A DNA stretch of 63,776 nucleotides, counting the filler, from Octopus bimaculoides (Eukaryota): the NCBI RefSeq assembly GCF_001194135.2. It is 6 parts of 6 records of this genome, joined end to end, with 100 filler letters (N's around TTAATTAATTAA, not from the genome) between each part and the next. Parts side by side here need not be neighbours in the genome. Positions count along the whole stretch, not along the records: positions 12,866 to 31,058 come from NC_068986.1; positions 31,159 to 45,494 come from NC_068985.1; 4 more parts are not named here. The stretch is one strand, 5' to 3'. Below the pieces are notes generated by a model. It had not been told where the DNA came from. It did not search any database and saw only the letters and a program-made list of their open reading frames with translations. Within the stretch, counting starts at the first letter, position 1; every line of letters begins with the position of its first letter. Below are positions 26,221 through 37,967 of the stretch, one piece after another. Made by a program: the position numbers and the translations under genes.

Positions 26221-27020
26221 CGAACATCCCGTTCAACCTAGCAAAAAGGATATGTACTATAGTTTCTAATGCAAACACCAGAGACACGACTGCATGAACT
26301 AAAGGATACCCTCATCACCAGGAACTACCCACCTTCACTAAGTGACATGCTTTCAAAGTGCTCTACAACTCAACATACACGAACTCAGACATCCCAAATT
26401 AAAGAAGGATTTACAACCAAAAGTCCTGCCATACATCTCCACACAAAACCTTCTTAACAATGAAGCCTTCGACACCATCCTTCAAAACATTCCCCTGCTA
26501 AAAAAGGACCACAGAATGAATATAATCCTCCACAGACACACCATCATAAAAAGCAAGAGACAGCACAAATCTATGAAAAGTCTCCTAGCACAAGCCCGAA
26601 TACGCTCAACAACAACACTGAAGCTATCAGTAAAAAAATGTAGAAGACCCAACTGTGGGATGTGTGTCAATTTAATTGAGGGATCAGTGTTCTCCTTCAA
26701 ACAGGGACAACGTTTCACAGTGAAAAGCAGCTTCACATATTCTTCGGAGAACCTGATATACGCACTAACCTGCTCTGGGTGTCAAGAGCAATACATAGGC
26801 AAAACAAAAAACAGTCTACGTCAAAGGATGACTCTACACACATCGCAGATTAAAATTAAAAAAAAAAAATCAGAAAAATAGCATTCAGCCAAACGTCGAC
26901 ATTTGCGCCAATAACAGAAATCCAAGATTCCGAATCTTTCCCCTCTATCAATTCAAGGACGATACAACCTGTAGCCAACGAATTAGTAAGGAATCCCTCT
27001 TTATTACAAAATACAGATCC
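26221..27020 (+). pseudogene. Penelope thumb and GIY-YIG endonuclease fragment
   Basis: NIPFNLAKRICTIVS..RLHELKDTLITRNYP..KCRRPNCGMC..NLIYALTCSGCQEQYIGKTKNSLRQRMTLH. Confidence 0.93.
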
Positions 27021-29596
27021 CATTTGAACGCATCTACAACAAATGACATATCCACCACGACCATAGAATAAACACGCACGCAAATATTAAAAATGATACA
27101 TTCAAAAGAGATACGCAAAAATTCATTAAAGACAGTCCCAATCACTGCTATAATCCAGAATGAGCCACGTTTAGGTCACTTGACACTTTAACATCCTACT
27201 ACTATCCTACCATCCTGCATTCTCTTATTATTTTGTCTCCTTCTTCTTCTTCGTCTTCTTCTTCCTCTCTTCCACCTCCTTCCTTACTTTGCTACTACTA
27301 CTGTTTAGAATAACACCTACGCAAATATTATAAACAATACATTCAAAAGAAATTTTTGGGGTCGGCTTTAATTTATAGTCCTAGTTTATCAAATCTTCGT
27401 ATATCAAAATCTAAGACAATAGAGCAGTGTCTGTTCGGAAAGGGCATGAGGGAGATGATAGAATCATAGTGGGTATAGTCATAAAACTTGTCAAGATTAT
27501 TTTGAAGTAGTATAAAGTAACTGCCTATAATGAGGTTTGGTAAAGGAAGATCTTAAATCAAGATGTTAATTATCAGTTAAATGGGCAAGATTCTAATAAA
27601 ACCAATGATGATAATACAGGGGAAATTTTTTATTATGGGGTACTATAAAGATGAAATTTAGGGTTATCAAAAAAAATTAAGAAAATATTATAACCAAAAT
27701 GATAAATGTTTGAATGATTTTGAGTATATACAAAAATTTACAACAATAGAGAGAGAAAAAATACATAGAATTAGTTTAATATTTCTTCATATACTTAAAT
27801 ATTTACTTATTAGGTGGTATCTATGAAGATTGATCACTTGCATTTACTGGCAATTTAATAGAGGAATAGTGGGGCGATAGAACATGCTAACTATATAATA
27901 ATTATAATCTAAGAGGTATATTATAAGTTGTGGTGTTTTCGGTGCTGTTATATATTAGCTAATATAAATTTCTAGGGATCCAAACATTAGGATTACTTAC
28001 ATAAAAGCTTTTATAGAAATAATAATATGATCAGTAGGGTAGACGACCATAGAAAGGAATAAATAGTTTAATCACTAAAACCCATGATGAAGTATATATA
28101 CCTTATTATCATCAATAGAAAAGAGAAGATTATATAGAATTTGTTTGATATTTCAATCATTTAAACTAAATTATTTATTTATTAGTTATTAGTTATTAGG
28201 TGGTATCTATAAAGACTGATACCCAGTATTTACTAGAGTAATATTGAGGTTAAAGAACATGCTAACTTATATATTAATTATCAACTGAGAGGTGTAATAT
28301 AAGTTTTAAAAGTTTCCAGAGTTAATACATGCATTTATATATATACACATTAACATATGTAAATGTATACATAAAAATGTGTAACTATGCAGAAATATTT
28401 ATACAAACATATATCTAATAGTGAAGATATTGTATATTGAAACACACGGTTAATAGTAGGAAATTGTGACGTTTGGCCATGTCTCTTTTCACCGAATCAG
28501 ATCCAGTAAGGACTATAGCACTAGTTCAGTATACATAAGCTATCCATCAGCTCTATTGTGTAGCATTACAAATTCAAATCAAAATATAAATCCTATTTTC
28601 CCTCTATAAATGCTTCCTTGTGAGTCGTGAAAGGGCTTTTTGTTTTAAATCTCTGCTTTTAGATAATTACGATGTAATGTCTGGAAACATCATCATCAGA
28701 ATAAGGATACAAATCTATGATTCCAAGGCCAGAAAGACTGCTAATCGTAAGAGCTGACAAGATATTCCTAGGAAAGATTTCTCAGATGTATTTGTTGACG
28801 AATTACTCATTTCCTTGTATATTCAACTAAACATACCGTTAAATATCTTATGCGTCATTCAACTAAGCTTCCTGAGAAGGATAGTTTCTCTTGAAATTAA
28901 TAATAAAATTTCAAAATTAGATAAAGAGTTTGAAGGAGGTATCAAGACTAAAAAGCCATGTTTTCATCACGCAAGTTATTCAAAATTGTTTTGATCATTC
29001 TAAGCTAAACTATGTTAATATATAAAGAAGTACAATGTGAATTCCCTGAATCTTAGGTTGGAAATGTCGAAAGATAAGTACTCAGCTTTTGAGAAATCAT
29101 ATACAATCATTCCAGTTAATTTCTCGTAGTATTTATTTCGTCCATTCTTTATATCTAATAACCTATAATATATAATATTTGTATTTATACCTTTTCATGC
29201 CGCCTATAAGGTTGAAAATTTGATACCAATCAACTGTGTAGATTACAACAGCAACAGGACGAAGCGATTACTTCTGATTATAAAATCAACTGGTCAGTAG
29301 TTCGTATTCTGCCAGAGGTACAGCACAGCGCTCATGACCGAAATACATACTTCTCAGAGGCTCAGCTCACATTATTAGTTTTCCACTCTCTTCCCATACT
29401 CGTCTGAATGATTGAAATAACAAGTAGTCCGTAACTAATCTAGTCTTTTTCGCACAGCATAATTATTTCCCATTAGTTCTTTTCTGTCAGGATGTTTAAA
29501 ATAGTTTTGTTCATTGACTAGTATTATTTTTTCTCATGTCATAATTAGTCCTAATTACTACCTTAAATATGTTGACAACAACATTTTATCTTTCAC

Positions 29597-29796
29597 CTTT
29601 TTTACTTGTTACGGTCATTTGACTGCGACCATGCTGGGACAGCGCCTTGAATGATTTAGTCGAACAAATCGAGCCCAGTACAAAGTCTAGTGCTACTTCT
29701 ATCAATCTTTTGCCTAGTAGCAGAGCCATGGTGGAATAAAAAGCCAGCTCTGGTTCTCAAGCGATGGTGGGTAGGGACAAACACAAACGTAAAGCG

Positions 29797-29830
<34 letters not shown>
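29597..29830 (-). mobile_element. SINE family A tail
   Basis: tttacttgttacggtcatttgactgcgaccatgctgg...ttagtcgaacaaatcgagccc. Confidence 0.8.
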
Positions 29831-29831
<1 letters not shown>

Positions 29832-30724
29832 CAAACATACATATATATCAGAGACGTGCTGCCTAGATAGGCAAGGTAGGCAGTGCCTACCTTGAATATA
29901 ATAGATCGATAGTTACATTTTCCTTTTATGGCCAAAATTCAGTAAAATTCAGTAAAATTATGAAGGTTAATCTGATTACTTTGCATAAAATGCAAAATAT
30001 TCTATCTTTTGTAGATTAGGTAGGCATAATTCGCCCCTAATTTTTAATCTCAGTATTTAAGCTACACATAGTAGTGCTGTAGTATATGTGCTGTATACAC
30101 TCCCACAACACCGTTTTCTTTACGTGCTATAAAGGCAGAAATAAATCTGCTTTAACAAGTTTAAGTTCTCTTTGTTTTTTTCTCTGCATGTATGTACATT
30201 TTTACTTTAATATTGTAACTTTTTTCAAACATAGTCTTGCCTATTACTTTTTAGCCTCGTGTAAAATATATACACATATATATTTTCATTCTTCAACATT
30301 AATATGTATATGCATAACTCTCTATGGCTTTTTTCTACTAGTCCACCTGTTATATTCTACATTATACTGTTAAATTCTACTATACCTGTTATCTACTAGT
30401 TCACCTGTATATATTTTTTCTACTAGTCCATCTGTTATATTCTACTGTACACACGTGGCCCTGTTTATTATACTTTGTCTCGACCTGTTACTATTTTTTA
30501 AACATACCCGTTAGCTTTTCATTCATATTATGTTATAGTTTACCGCATATATAGGCGTGCATACACATCGATATGTCTGTCTTTTTCCCCTTTTCGCCTC
30601 TCTCACTATTATTATTACTATTATTTTTCCCCTTTTAAAACTTGCTTGCAAATATCCGATTTTTCCCCTTTTACCCCACTTGTACTCTCTCTTATTGCAT
30701 CTTATTGATGTCCTTGTAAAAATT

Positions 30725-30826
30725 CTTCACACTGATGAAAATGACAATGCATAAATCTAATTATTACTATAGTTATAAATTTTTCCTTACATATTTGTAT
30801 TGTCCTTTGAAACGCGCGTAACTATT
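30725..30826 (+). ncRNA. Type I hammerhead-like motif with long stem II and no stem I pairing
   Basis: CTGATGA (30732-38), 13-bp stem aaatgacaatgca/tgtattgtccttt, GAAA-CGCGCG-TA (30809-20). Confidence 0.55.
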
Positions 30827-31569
30827 GAACCCTATTTTGTATTAAATCGAATTTTGATTTAACACCTTTTTCTCCTCTATTTCTCTATAATTGTTTATGG
30901 CATTTTTATTCCTAAAACGATATTTTTCAACTACTATTTTCATATTCTTATTACTTGCTCTGGCTGTTTTTTTATGAATATGATGAATCTTTATTAGAAA
31001 TCATTCTTTCTCTCTCTTTGGACCTCTTAAATGTTTGAAGTGTTCTCTTTTGCACTTANNNNNNNNNNNNNNNNNNNNNNNNNNNNNNNNNNNNNNNNNN
31101 NNTTAATTAATTAANNNNNNNNNNNNNNNNNNNNNNNNNNNNNNNNNNNNNNNNNNNNAATATGGGAAAAGCTGGAGATGAATGTTTTGAAAACATTCTG
31201 AACTAGCTTTCAGAATGGTTTACTTTTCAATGAAATATCATTTTGTTATTTTTCATTCAATTTTATTCAATTTATATGCAATTTTCTTCTTGTATCAGAT
31301 GGATAACCCACCCTCCATTTACAGCAAGTAGCGAGCGTCTCGTTTTTTACCTGTGTGCTAAATTTGACTACTTACGACTAACACGGGCGCATGCGCAAAT
31401 TTGTGACATGCACACTCCCAGAACTCGGATCCACACTTCTCCAGTAGTGCCAAATTTTGAAACTGAGTTTGCACCCGCTAAGCAAATTTTGTTCCCGGGC
31501 CACTGGGTGATACAGGGTTCATAGTAAGCAAAGAATGGGCTTCGAGAATTGTTTATTGTCAATTGCCTT

Positions 31570-32536
31570 TGTAGCGACCGTGCGACCAGGAGATGGTGAC
31601 GAAGGAACGGCTCCTTTAGCGCATCGCACGGTCAGCACAAATAAATAAAAAAAAAGATGAAATGAGGTAAAAATGAGCTAAGTGCCAACAAGAAAAGAGA
31701 GAGAGACCCAACCGGTACAAATGTATAAAAATAAAGTTTTATTGGTTATCAACTAGAATGTCTGTGTGAGTGTGAATGCGACATAATAAAATACAATATA
31801 AGACAGGCCGTCGTGTAAACAAGTGTGTGTGTGTGTGCGTGCAAGAAATACAGTGCATTGAAAGTCTATATTAAGGACGTTAAAAATCCAGAAAACAAGG
31901 ATGTGAACTACCAGTTCGTAGCTAAGGTACACAGTAGGTTGAAATGCTGTACCAAGCGGTTGTGGCGTTGAAGGCAGAGCCGTTGTAAGACACATGTCGT
32001 GTAAGAAGTTGAGGCTTCAATGCTGTGGCCGGTTACTTGGTACAGGAGTTCTCGCAGGTTGAATTCTGGCTGTTCTTCATGGTGAGGCAATTCACACAAA
32101 TAGTATTGAGAGAACCAGTGCGGGAGCTGTTGGCGGTGTGTACGTTGAGTAGACGCTGGCGACGAAGAAGCTGATGGCAGCTTCAAAGATGGAGTTTGCA
32201 GCAAAGTGTTGAAAGAAGTGTGTCGTCGCTGGAACTGGCTGGTGCTCTGTGGTTAGGTCTAAGGCCGAGACAAACTTTAACGCAGACAAACTACCTATTT
32301 AAGAGAAATAATCGGCTCAAACAGGGGTTCAGAAAACTGTTCCACGTGACCTTATCAGAAGGCCATGATTGGTTGGTTTGCACCCTCGCGCGAAATAGAA
32401 ATCGAGACAAAAGTGCGCCAATACCAACCAATCAGAGTGGTGGACACAACAGGGTCCAAAGATGCGGCCGAAGGCTAGATGTTATCTGCTACGTCCGCAT
32501 TCACATATATATAACTGAGAGAGAAGCTTCGCTACA
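31570..32536 (-). mobile_element. Solo LTR, 967 bp (probably Ty3/Gypsy)
   Basis: Termini TGTAGCGA...TCGCTACA (perfect 8-bp inverted repeat); TSD CCTT at 31566-69 and 32537-40; removing it restores the LINE frame. Confidence 0.9.
32295..32433 (-). promoter_or_regulatory. LTR U3 promoter-like cluster
   Basis: TATA-like CTTAAATAG (32303-32295), CACGTG E-box (32343-48), three CCAAT/ATTGG boxes, E2F-type TTTCGCGC (32395-32388); minus-strand AATAAA at 31743-38. Confidence 0.55.
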
Positions 32537-33909
32537 CCTTCATCATGCATCAAAATGCTAACCATTCATCTCTCAAAAAATGTCACCCAGAAGATCATCC
32601 AAAACTATGCTTCCTCGAATATGAATGAAGACAACAGAGTGGAAGAATTCTACCCGGAGCTAGGGAAAACGCTAGCTCACAAATCCACTTATATCCTAGT
32701 GATGGATGATTTCAAGACAAAGATTGGAAAAGAGCAACAGGGAGAGAAATATGATCGTAAGTTTGATTCAGAAAAGAGAAAGAAAAGAAGAGAATGATTG
32801 GTTACCATGGCAGGAAGCAATCTGGAAGGAGATGGATCTGGATAGCCCCAAATGCTCAACACAAAAATAAAATTGACTATATCCTGGTCAATAAACAGGG
32901 CATATTCAGGTTGACACAGTAGTAGCACCATTCAACACAGGTAGTGATCATCATGTGCTATAGGCAAAGATTGTTATCAATGAAATCAGAGAGAAAAAAG
33001 CTCTGCATATTTAAATGAAAAGTCAATGTGTCAAGGCTATTGATGTGAAACAGTTACAGAAAGCTATCAAGAAGGAAATCTGAAGTCAACTTGAAGAGCT
33101 CGATGAGGACTACAATTTGCTGGCCCAGAAAATTAAAAACTCCATATGGAAAGCAAAAACGGCAAGCCAACAGGAGCCCGGCAGAAGAATCTCAAAGAAG
33201 ATGAAAAAGATGTAAGAGAAACAGAACACAATGAAGAGGAACATAAGAGATCATTTTAAGTATTCTGTTCTCTGCAAAGAGGTCAGACAACATTTAAGAA
33301 ATGGCTTCGAAAATTATAGACTGAAGAAATGATGCAGGATGGAAAGGAAACAAACAGTTTAGAAAGATGCAGGTGAGGGCTGACACTGTATATAGGTTAC
33401 AGGCTATGGTGCTTAAGAACAAGGATGAGACCACAGTGACAGACAAAGGGGAGAGGTATGCAAAACCTTCTACACCAACCTTTTTAAATCATCAGTGAAT
33501 CTCGATCCCACACTGCCACAAATGCTAGAAATGCCTCCTATTCTAATCAGTGAAATTGAAAATGCCCTCAAACTGATGAAAACAGATAGAGTTCCTAGGA
33601 AAGATGGCATCACAACAGATGTGAAGGGGAAGAACTGCAAAAAAAAAAAATCCTCGTTCCATGTTTCAAGTGCTATCTGAAGGAGGGTAAAATACCCCCA
33701 CTGTGGAAAGAGGTAAATACCATCCTGCTTCATAAGAAGAGTGATAAAGAAGATTTAAGAAACTATTGACCCATATACCTCTTGTCTCACCTCTATAAGC
33801 TGTTTACTAAGGTCATATTCACCAGACTATCAAAACATTTCTTCGACAACCAACAGACAAGAGAACAAGCAGGTTTCCATAAGAAATACAGTACAATAGC
33901 TCATATACG

Positions 33910-35885
33910 CTAGGGTAGCTAGAGTGTGTGCCGCCCAGGCGTTTTAAAAGTTGTGTGTGTATTTACGAAAGTATGTATGCAGCGTCGCGTGTATATCCCT
34001 GAAGTTGATTTCAGGTGTTATTCTCACCTTTTTGACTTCATATATTTGAAATCTCAACGAAACCAAATTTCAAATTTTGTAGCTCAAAATGTAGCTTAGA
34101 AGGTGACTAATCTAAAAATGTATAAACATCATCAAATTTGGTAAAAAACTGAATTAGTGACAAAACCTAAAAGTGGTCGCGAGTGAGTGAATGGTGAATG
34201 TTGATCTTAACAATATTATTCACATATTGCCGTGTGTAACTGATATTTGTTACAATATAGTGTATTCTATGAATATGAGGTAATCTTTGCAAGACCAAAA
34301 TACTGAATTGAATCAAACATTTTGCAATATTGGTTTCCAATTTTAGCAGAAGGCTATCAAATCCGGTGGGGAGGGAAGTTGACTCATTCCGGAAGAAGCC
34401 ACAGCTAAAGTGATCCTCTTTCGCTGGCGTACTTTTGCAAAGAGGAGTTTAGCCACGAATGATTTACCAGTTCCTCCTGGGGCATCTAAAAGAAAAATAC
34501 TTCCTTTGCGTTCACGAATGGAAGTGTAGACAGTGCTGTATGCATGCTGCTGGCCCTGAAGCAAGTTTGGTTCATTTTCTTCGATGTATTGTTGAAGAGC
34601 ATCGACGCCATAGGCTGTTTCCTGAATAACGCCTGTTGGTAGTGTGTGCGAGCCCATTCTGCTGACTTTCGGTAGACCATAATATGAAAGGTCGTTACCG
34701 CCGGCAGTAAGTAGGCTGTCCTCAATGTCGATGAGTGCTCGGTTAAAAAATTCATCGTTAAAACCAACGTTCAAGTGAGGTAACAGAAGTTGTCTATGGT
34801 GGTGGTAATCTTCTGAAAGGTCTTCTTTGTATTTCTTCCATAAGGTTACAGGATCACTGAGTTCGCATGTTTGCAGTAGCACTGCAAAGAGCTTTCGGAG
34901 ACTCCTCGCTGAGCATATTGTAGCTGCTTCCGCCATTGTTGCGTCCCACTTAGCGCCGTGTTCTAGCAGGCCGTGTTGAAGGCAGACTTCGTGGTACGTA
35001 GCAAAAACTTCACCGTTGAAGCTTTTCAGGTCATCGAAAGATGTCGGTCTCATGACCTCATGCAGCAGTAGGCAAAGGTAAAAACATTCCTATTGGTTAG
35101 GGCGAATTGTGTAAACTCTTCCAAGGGTGGGGGAAGATTTTAAGCTTAGCTGCCCCTTGGCGTGTTGTCCTTGATTCCCAAATGCGTGTTTTTTTTTCCA
35201 AATGTAATATGATGGAACCTGGGGATACAGGAGGGTCTTGGCAAATGGGTCATTGGTGCATAGTCTGAAGAAGGTCGTGAGCGCGTTGTCCTTGAGTTCT
35301 TGTGCCAGCTAAACAGCATTAGAACTGGAGAAGTAGACTCTCTGGCCGTTCTCAAGATGTAAAATTTGAAAAAAATCGATTTATTTTTACAGTTTTTCGG
35401 GGGGTTTTCTCGCACAGGGATGCCTTTGGACATAGAACAGATACTTGATAGAACCTCTGTGGTTTTTTAGCCATAAAAACTAAGGAAATCGGACTTTCCA
35501 GTAAAAAGTTTTCTACCAAATGCGAAAAATCGATTTTTTTCCCCAAGTTTTTCGCAATTTTCTTGTGAATCAGAGGCCCCAAGGTAGTGCCAACATATTT
35601 GTCTGAAATGTCGCAACATGACGGTTCCTTTGAGACCAAAACTATAAAAATCGGAAGTTCCTGTAAAAACTTTTCTCGCGTGCAACTTTTGCCTTTTTTT
35701 GCAGTTTTATCAAGTTTTCTCCTAGAGGAGGGTATCTCTAGGCATCGGTAATGCAGCAGTGACCTGCCTGGGTAAATTTACCTTTTAATAAAAAAAATGT
35801 CATCAAAATTGGATGAAAAATGTGGAAACGCATAAAAAACATACACATACACGCACAGAGACATTTTGAGTTTTATAGATATAGA
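33910..35885 (-). mobile_element. Non-autonomous Helitron (~2 kb)
   Basis: 5' A|TCTATATCTATAAAA at 35885; probable 3' CTAG at 33913-33910 with a weak GC-rich subterminal hairpin; internal RepHel fragment. Confidence 0.75.
34343..35130 (-). pseudogene. Helitron RepHel (PIF1-like helicase N-terminal) fragment
   Basis: LGRVYTIRPNQ*ECFYLCLLLHEV.RPTSFDDLK..LRKLFAVLL..LWKKYKEDLSED..FLLDAPGGTGKSF (Walker A)..AVASSG, then truncated. Confidence 0.95.
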
Positions 35886-36127
35886 TTACAATACGCGTTT
35901 CATTGATTGTACCATGAAATTTTATTTCTTTAGTTTGTTCTATCAACTACCAGTGTATGATAAGTCTATTGAGACATAATTTATAAATAACAGCAGAATA
36001 GTAATTTTTTTCAGTTTTAGTTACAGCTGATGGGGATTCAATGATATTGATTTGAGAGGATGAGTAGGAGCACATATGATCATTTTGTAGGGCTTTTGAG
36101 ACTGGTGTAGAAAGGAGGCAGTTATCC

Positions 36128-36355
36128 TTAGCCCTTTAGCATTTAAACTGGCCATATCTGGCCCCAGTATTTTATTTATTTTATGTTCAAACTGGTCAAA
36201 TCCCTTTCCTTACACCTATCCTACAAAGGCATTTTAAAGATAAGCAATCACATCATTGAAATCTTGAGGCTACAAATTAAAGATGGTTAATTAAAAACAA
36301 TGTAAATAAATAAAGGATTATATTTGACAGAGTTATCTGAATGCTAAAGAGTTAA
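36128..36355. mobile_element. piggyBac-like MITE
   Basis: ttag|ccctttagcatt...aatgctaaagag|ttaa; TTAA-type target; second copy at 42791-43017. Confidence 0.75.
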
Positions 36356-36794
36356 ACCAGTGTTTCCCAAACTTTTTGCGCCAAATTGCAATATCGCCCA
36401 AAAAATGCTTCATCGCCCACCTATCGACCAAAAATGCTCCCTTGCCCACTTGTGTAAAAAAAAAAAACCTGACACAACCCCCACCAACACTAAATCCCCT
36501 AGGAGAACCCCCCTTGTATCATTTGACAAACACACTATATCGTAGACTCGTTACCCGCTTAGTACCGTTTGGACTAAATGTGCATAGTTTACAAATCCCT
36601 TATTGTGGGTTTAGTTTTGTCATTAATGTGAATAAAATTCTAACGTTAGTTCTATATTATGCAGCCAGATTAACTTCGGTAAACTTGCGTTTTCTTTTAC
36701 ACTGAGTTTTATTTTTCCCAAATGAACCATTGATCAGAACTACTGATGCAAAAATAATTCATGATTGTATTATAAAGGAAAAGAAAACTTTTTA

Positions 36795-37600
36795 ATGAGT
36801 ACCATGTGTCTGGTGCGATACAACTAGTGCGGATACAGTCGGTTTCAAACTTGTCAACTTTAGCTGCAAGTCTCCTCATTGTGTCACATCCAGTCCAATT
36901 CTTTTATCAGACAGTAAAGTTGCAATGTCTAAAACCAGATTCGACCAGGTACGAGATAGGGAAGGCAAGCAAAAGTAATTTCAGATGTTTCCGCTGATTG
37001 AATTAGGAATTCAATATACTTTGATGTTACTACAAACCTTTACCATTATGGTGATATCGCATTGTGGCGTCATTGTCATTTTGTAATTCTATCAATTCCT
37101 CCTGAACGTCTTCCTCGCAATCGACTGCATCAACATCAAACGAATTGCTATACCAATTTGGAATATTCAGCGCAATAACATCTTGAAATCGCTCCACCAT
37201 GTCATCGTGCAATGATTGTAAATATTTGCGATATGTAGTTAAATCTTCATCAACCAATTCATCTTTCAAAGAGTCAAGTTGTGGGAATTGATGCAATTGA
37301 CGTTTTGAAATCTTAGTCTTGTACAGCACCAATTTCGAAATGAAGGTAGTGATAAATGATTTACAATCAACAAGAGTCTTTTTTTTTTTTTTTTTCAGTT
37401 TCCTTGCAATAACTTATTTAAATCATTTAATTTTATGAATATATCACAAAGAAAAAAGATATCGCACCTTCGATAATCAGGCGAAGTAATGTTTCTCAAG
37501 GCAGTATGGTATTTCCAAAGAGAAAAAGAAATCGATAGCATTGAGTCAGAGGACACGTCTTTACTGGAGTAAATACGGATCTAGTTCATTTAGCTACCAG
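36795..37600 (-). pseudogene. hAT transposase C-terminal remnant (ZBED5/FAM200-like family)
   Basis: FITTFISKLVLYKTKISKRQLHQFPQLDSL..YRKYLQSLHDDMVERFQDVIALNIPNW..QEELIELQND; frameshifted on both sides. Confidence 0.8.
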
Positions 37601-37967
37601 CATTTCAAAGATTAAAGTTTGTCAAAAATTTTAAAATTTGACACATTAATATATCTTTCCAAGCTAAATTGCTGGAGTTATTCAATTTTTTCCAGAAAAA
37701 TATTTTAAAAAAGTTATAAAGGTTAAAAGTTTGATTCTTTTCACCCAGTCATGAAACACGATTTCAAAGCTGGCATTTTGTGCGTGACTGCACATTTAGT
37801 CAACATCCTGATATAAAACCCAGAATTACGTACGACATATAAACCCTCGTAACTTTTTTTTTTTTAGGAGTTTCCAGAAATTTTTTGCAGATTTGTATTC
37901 TACACAGGGGCCTTCATACGATTATGCCAAAAAAAAAAAAATTGTGGTGGAGCGTGATTTAAGGCCT

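Larger units (their letters stand above)
25520..27350. mobile_element. Penelope-like retroelement with 5' inversion and inverted tails
   Basis: RT on the minus strand, thumb plus GIY-YIG on the plus strand; the tail ttaacatcctactactatcctaccatcc...aaacaatacatt is at 27187-27350 (+) and inverted at 25612-25769. Confidence 0.93.
31505..33908 (+). mobile_element. Degenerate RTE-clade LINE (APE endonuclease to RT start), split by a solo LTR
   Basis: GDTGFIVSKEWASRIVYCQLP|SSCIKMLTIHLSKNVTQKIIQNYA..VEEFY..VMDDFKTKIG; PPILISEIENALKLMK..DGIT; REQAGFHKKYSTIAHI. Confidence 0.88.

Noticed and set aside
27400-27720. Possible second Penelope N-terminal remnant (IVIK..RKILNQ)
   Set aside because: Too many stops and too little motif identity to support
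28663-28746. 84-nt phase 1-1 exon candidate (also 18255-18319 and 23981-24011)
   Set aside because: Splice-like signals only; peptides unrecognisable and such hits are expected by chance in 64 kb
29838-30060. hAT-like terminus cagagacgtgctgcc
   Set aside because: No matching opposite TIR or TSD found
31280-31505. NRF1-like GCGCATGCGC and CHR-like TTTGAAA motifs
   Set aside because: Isolated motifs in what looks like a truncated DNA-transposon end (gggccactg); no linked exon
31570-32536. Housekeeping-gene CpG-island promoter with uORF
   Set aside because: Terminal inverted repeat, TSD and restoration of the LINE frame show it is a solo LTR
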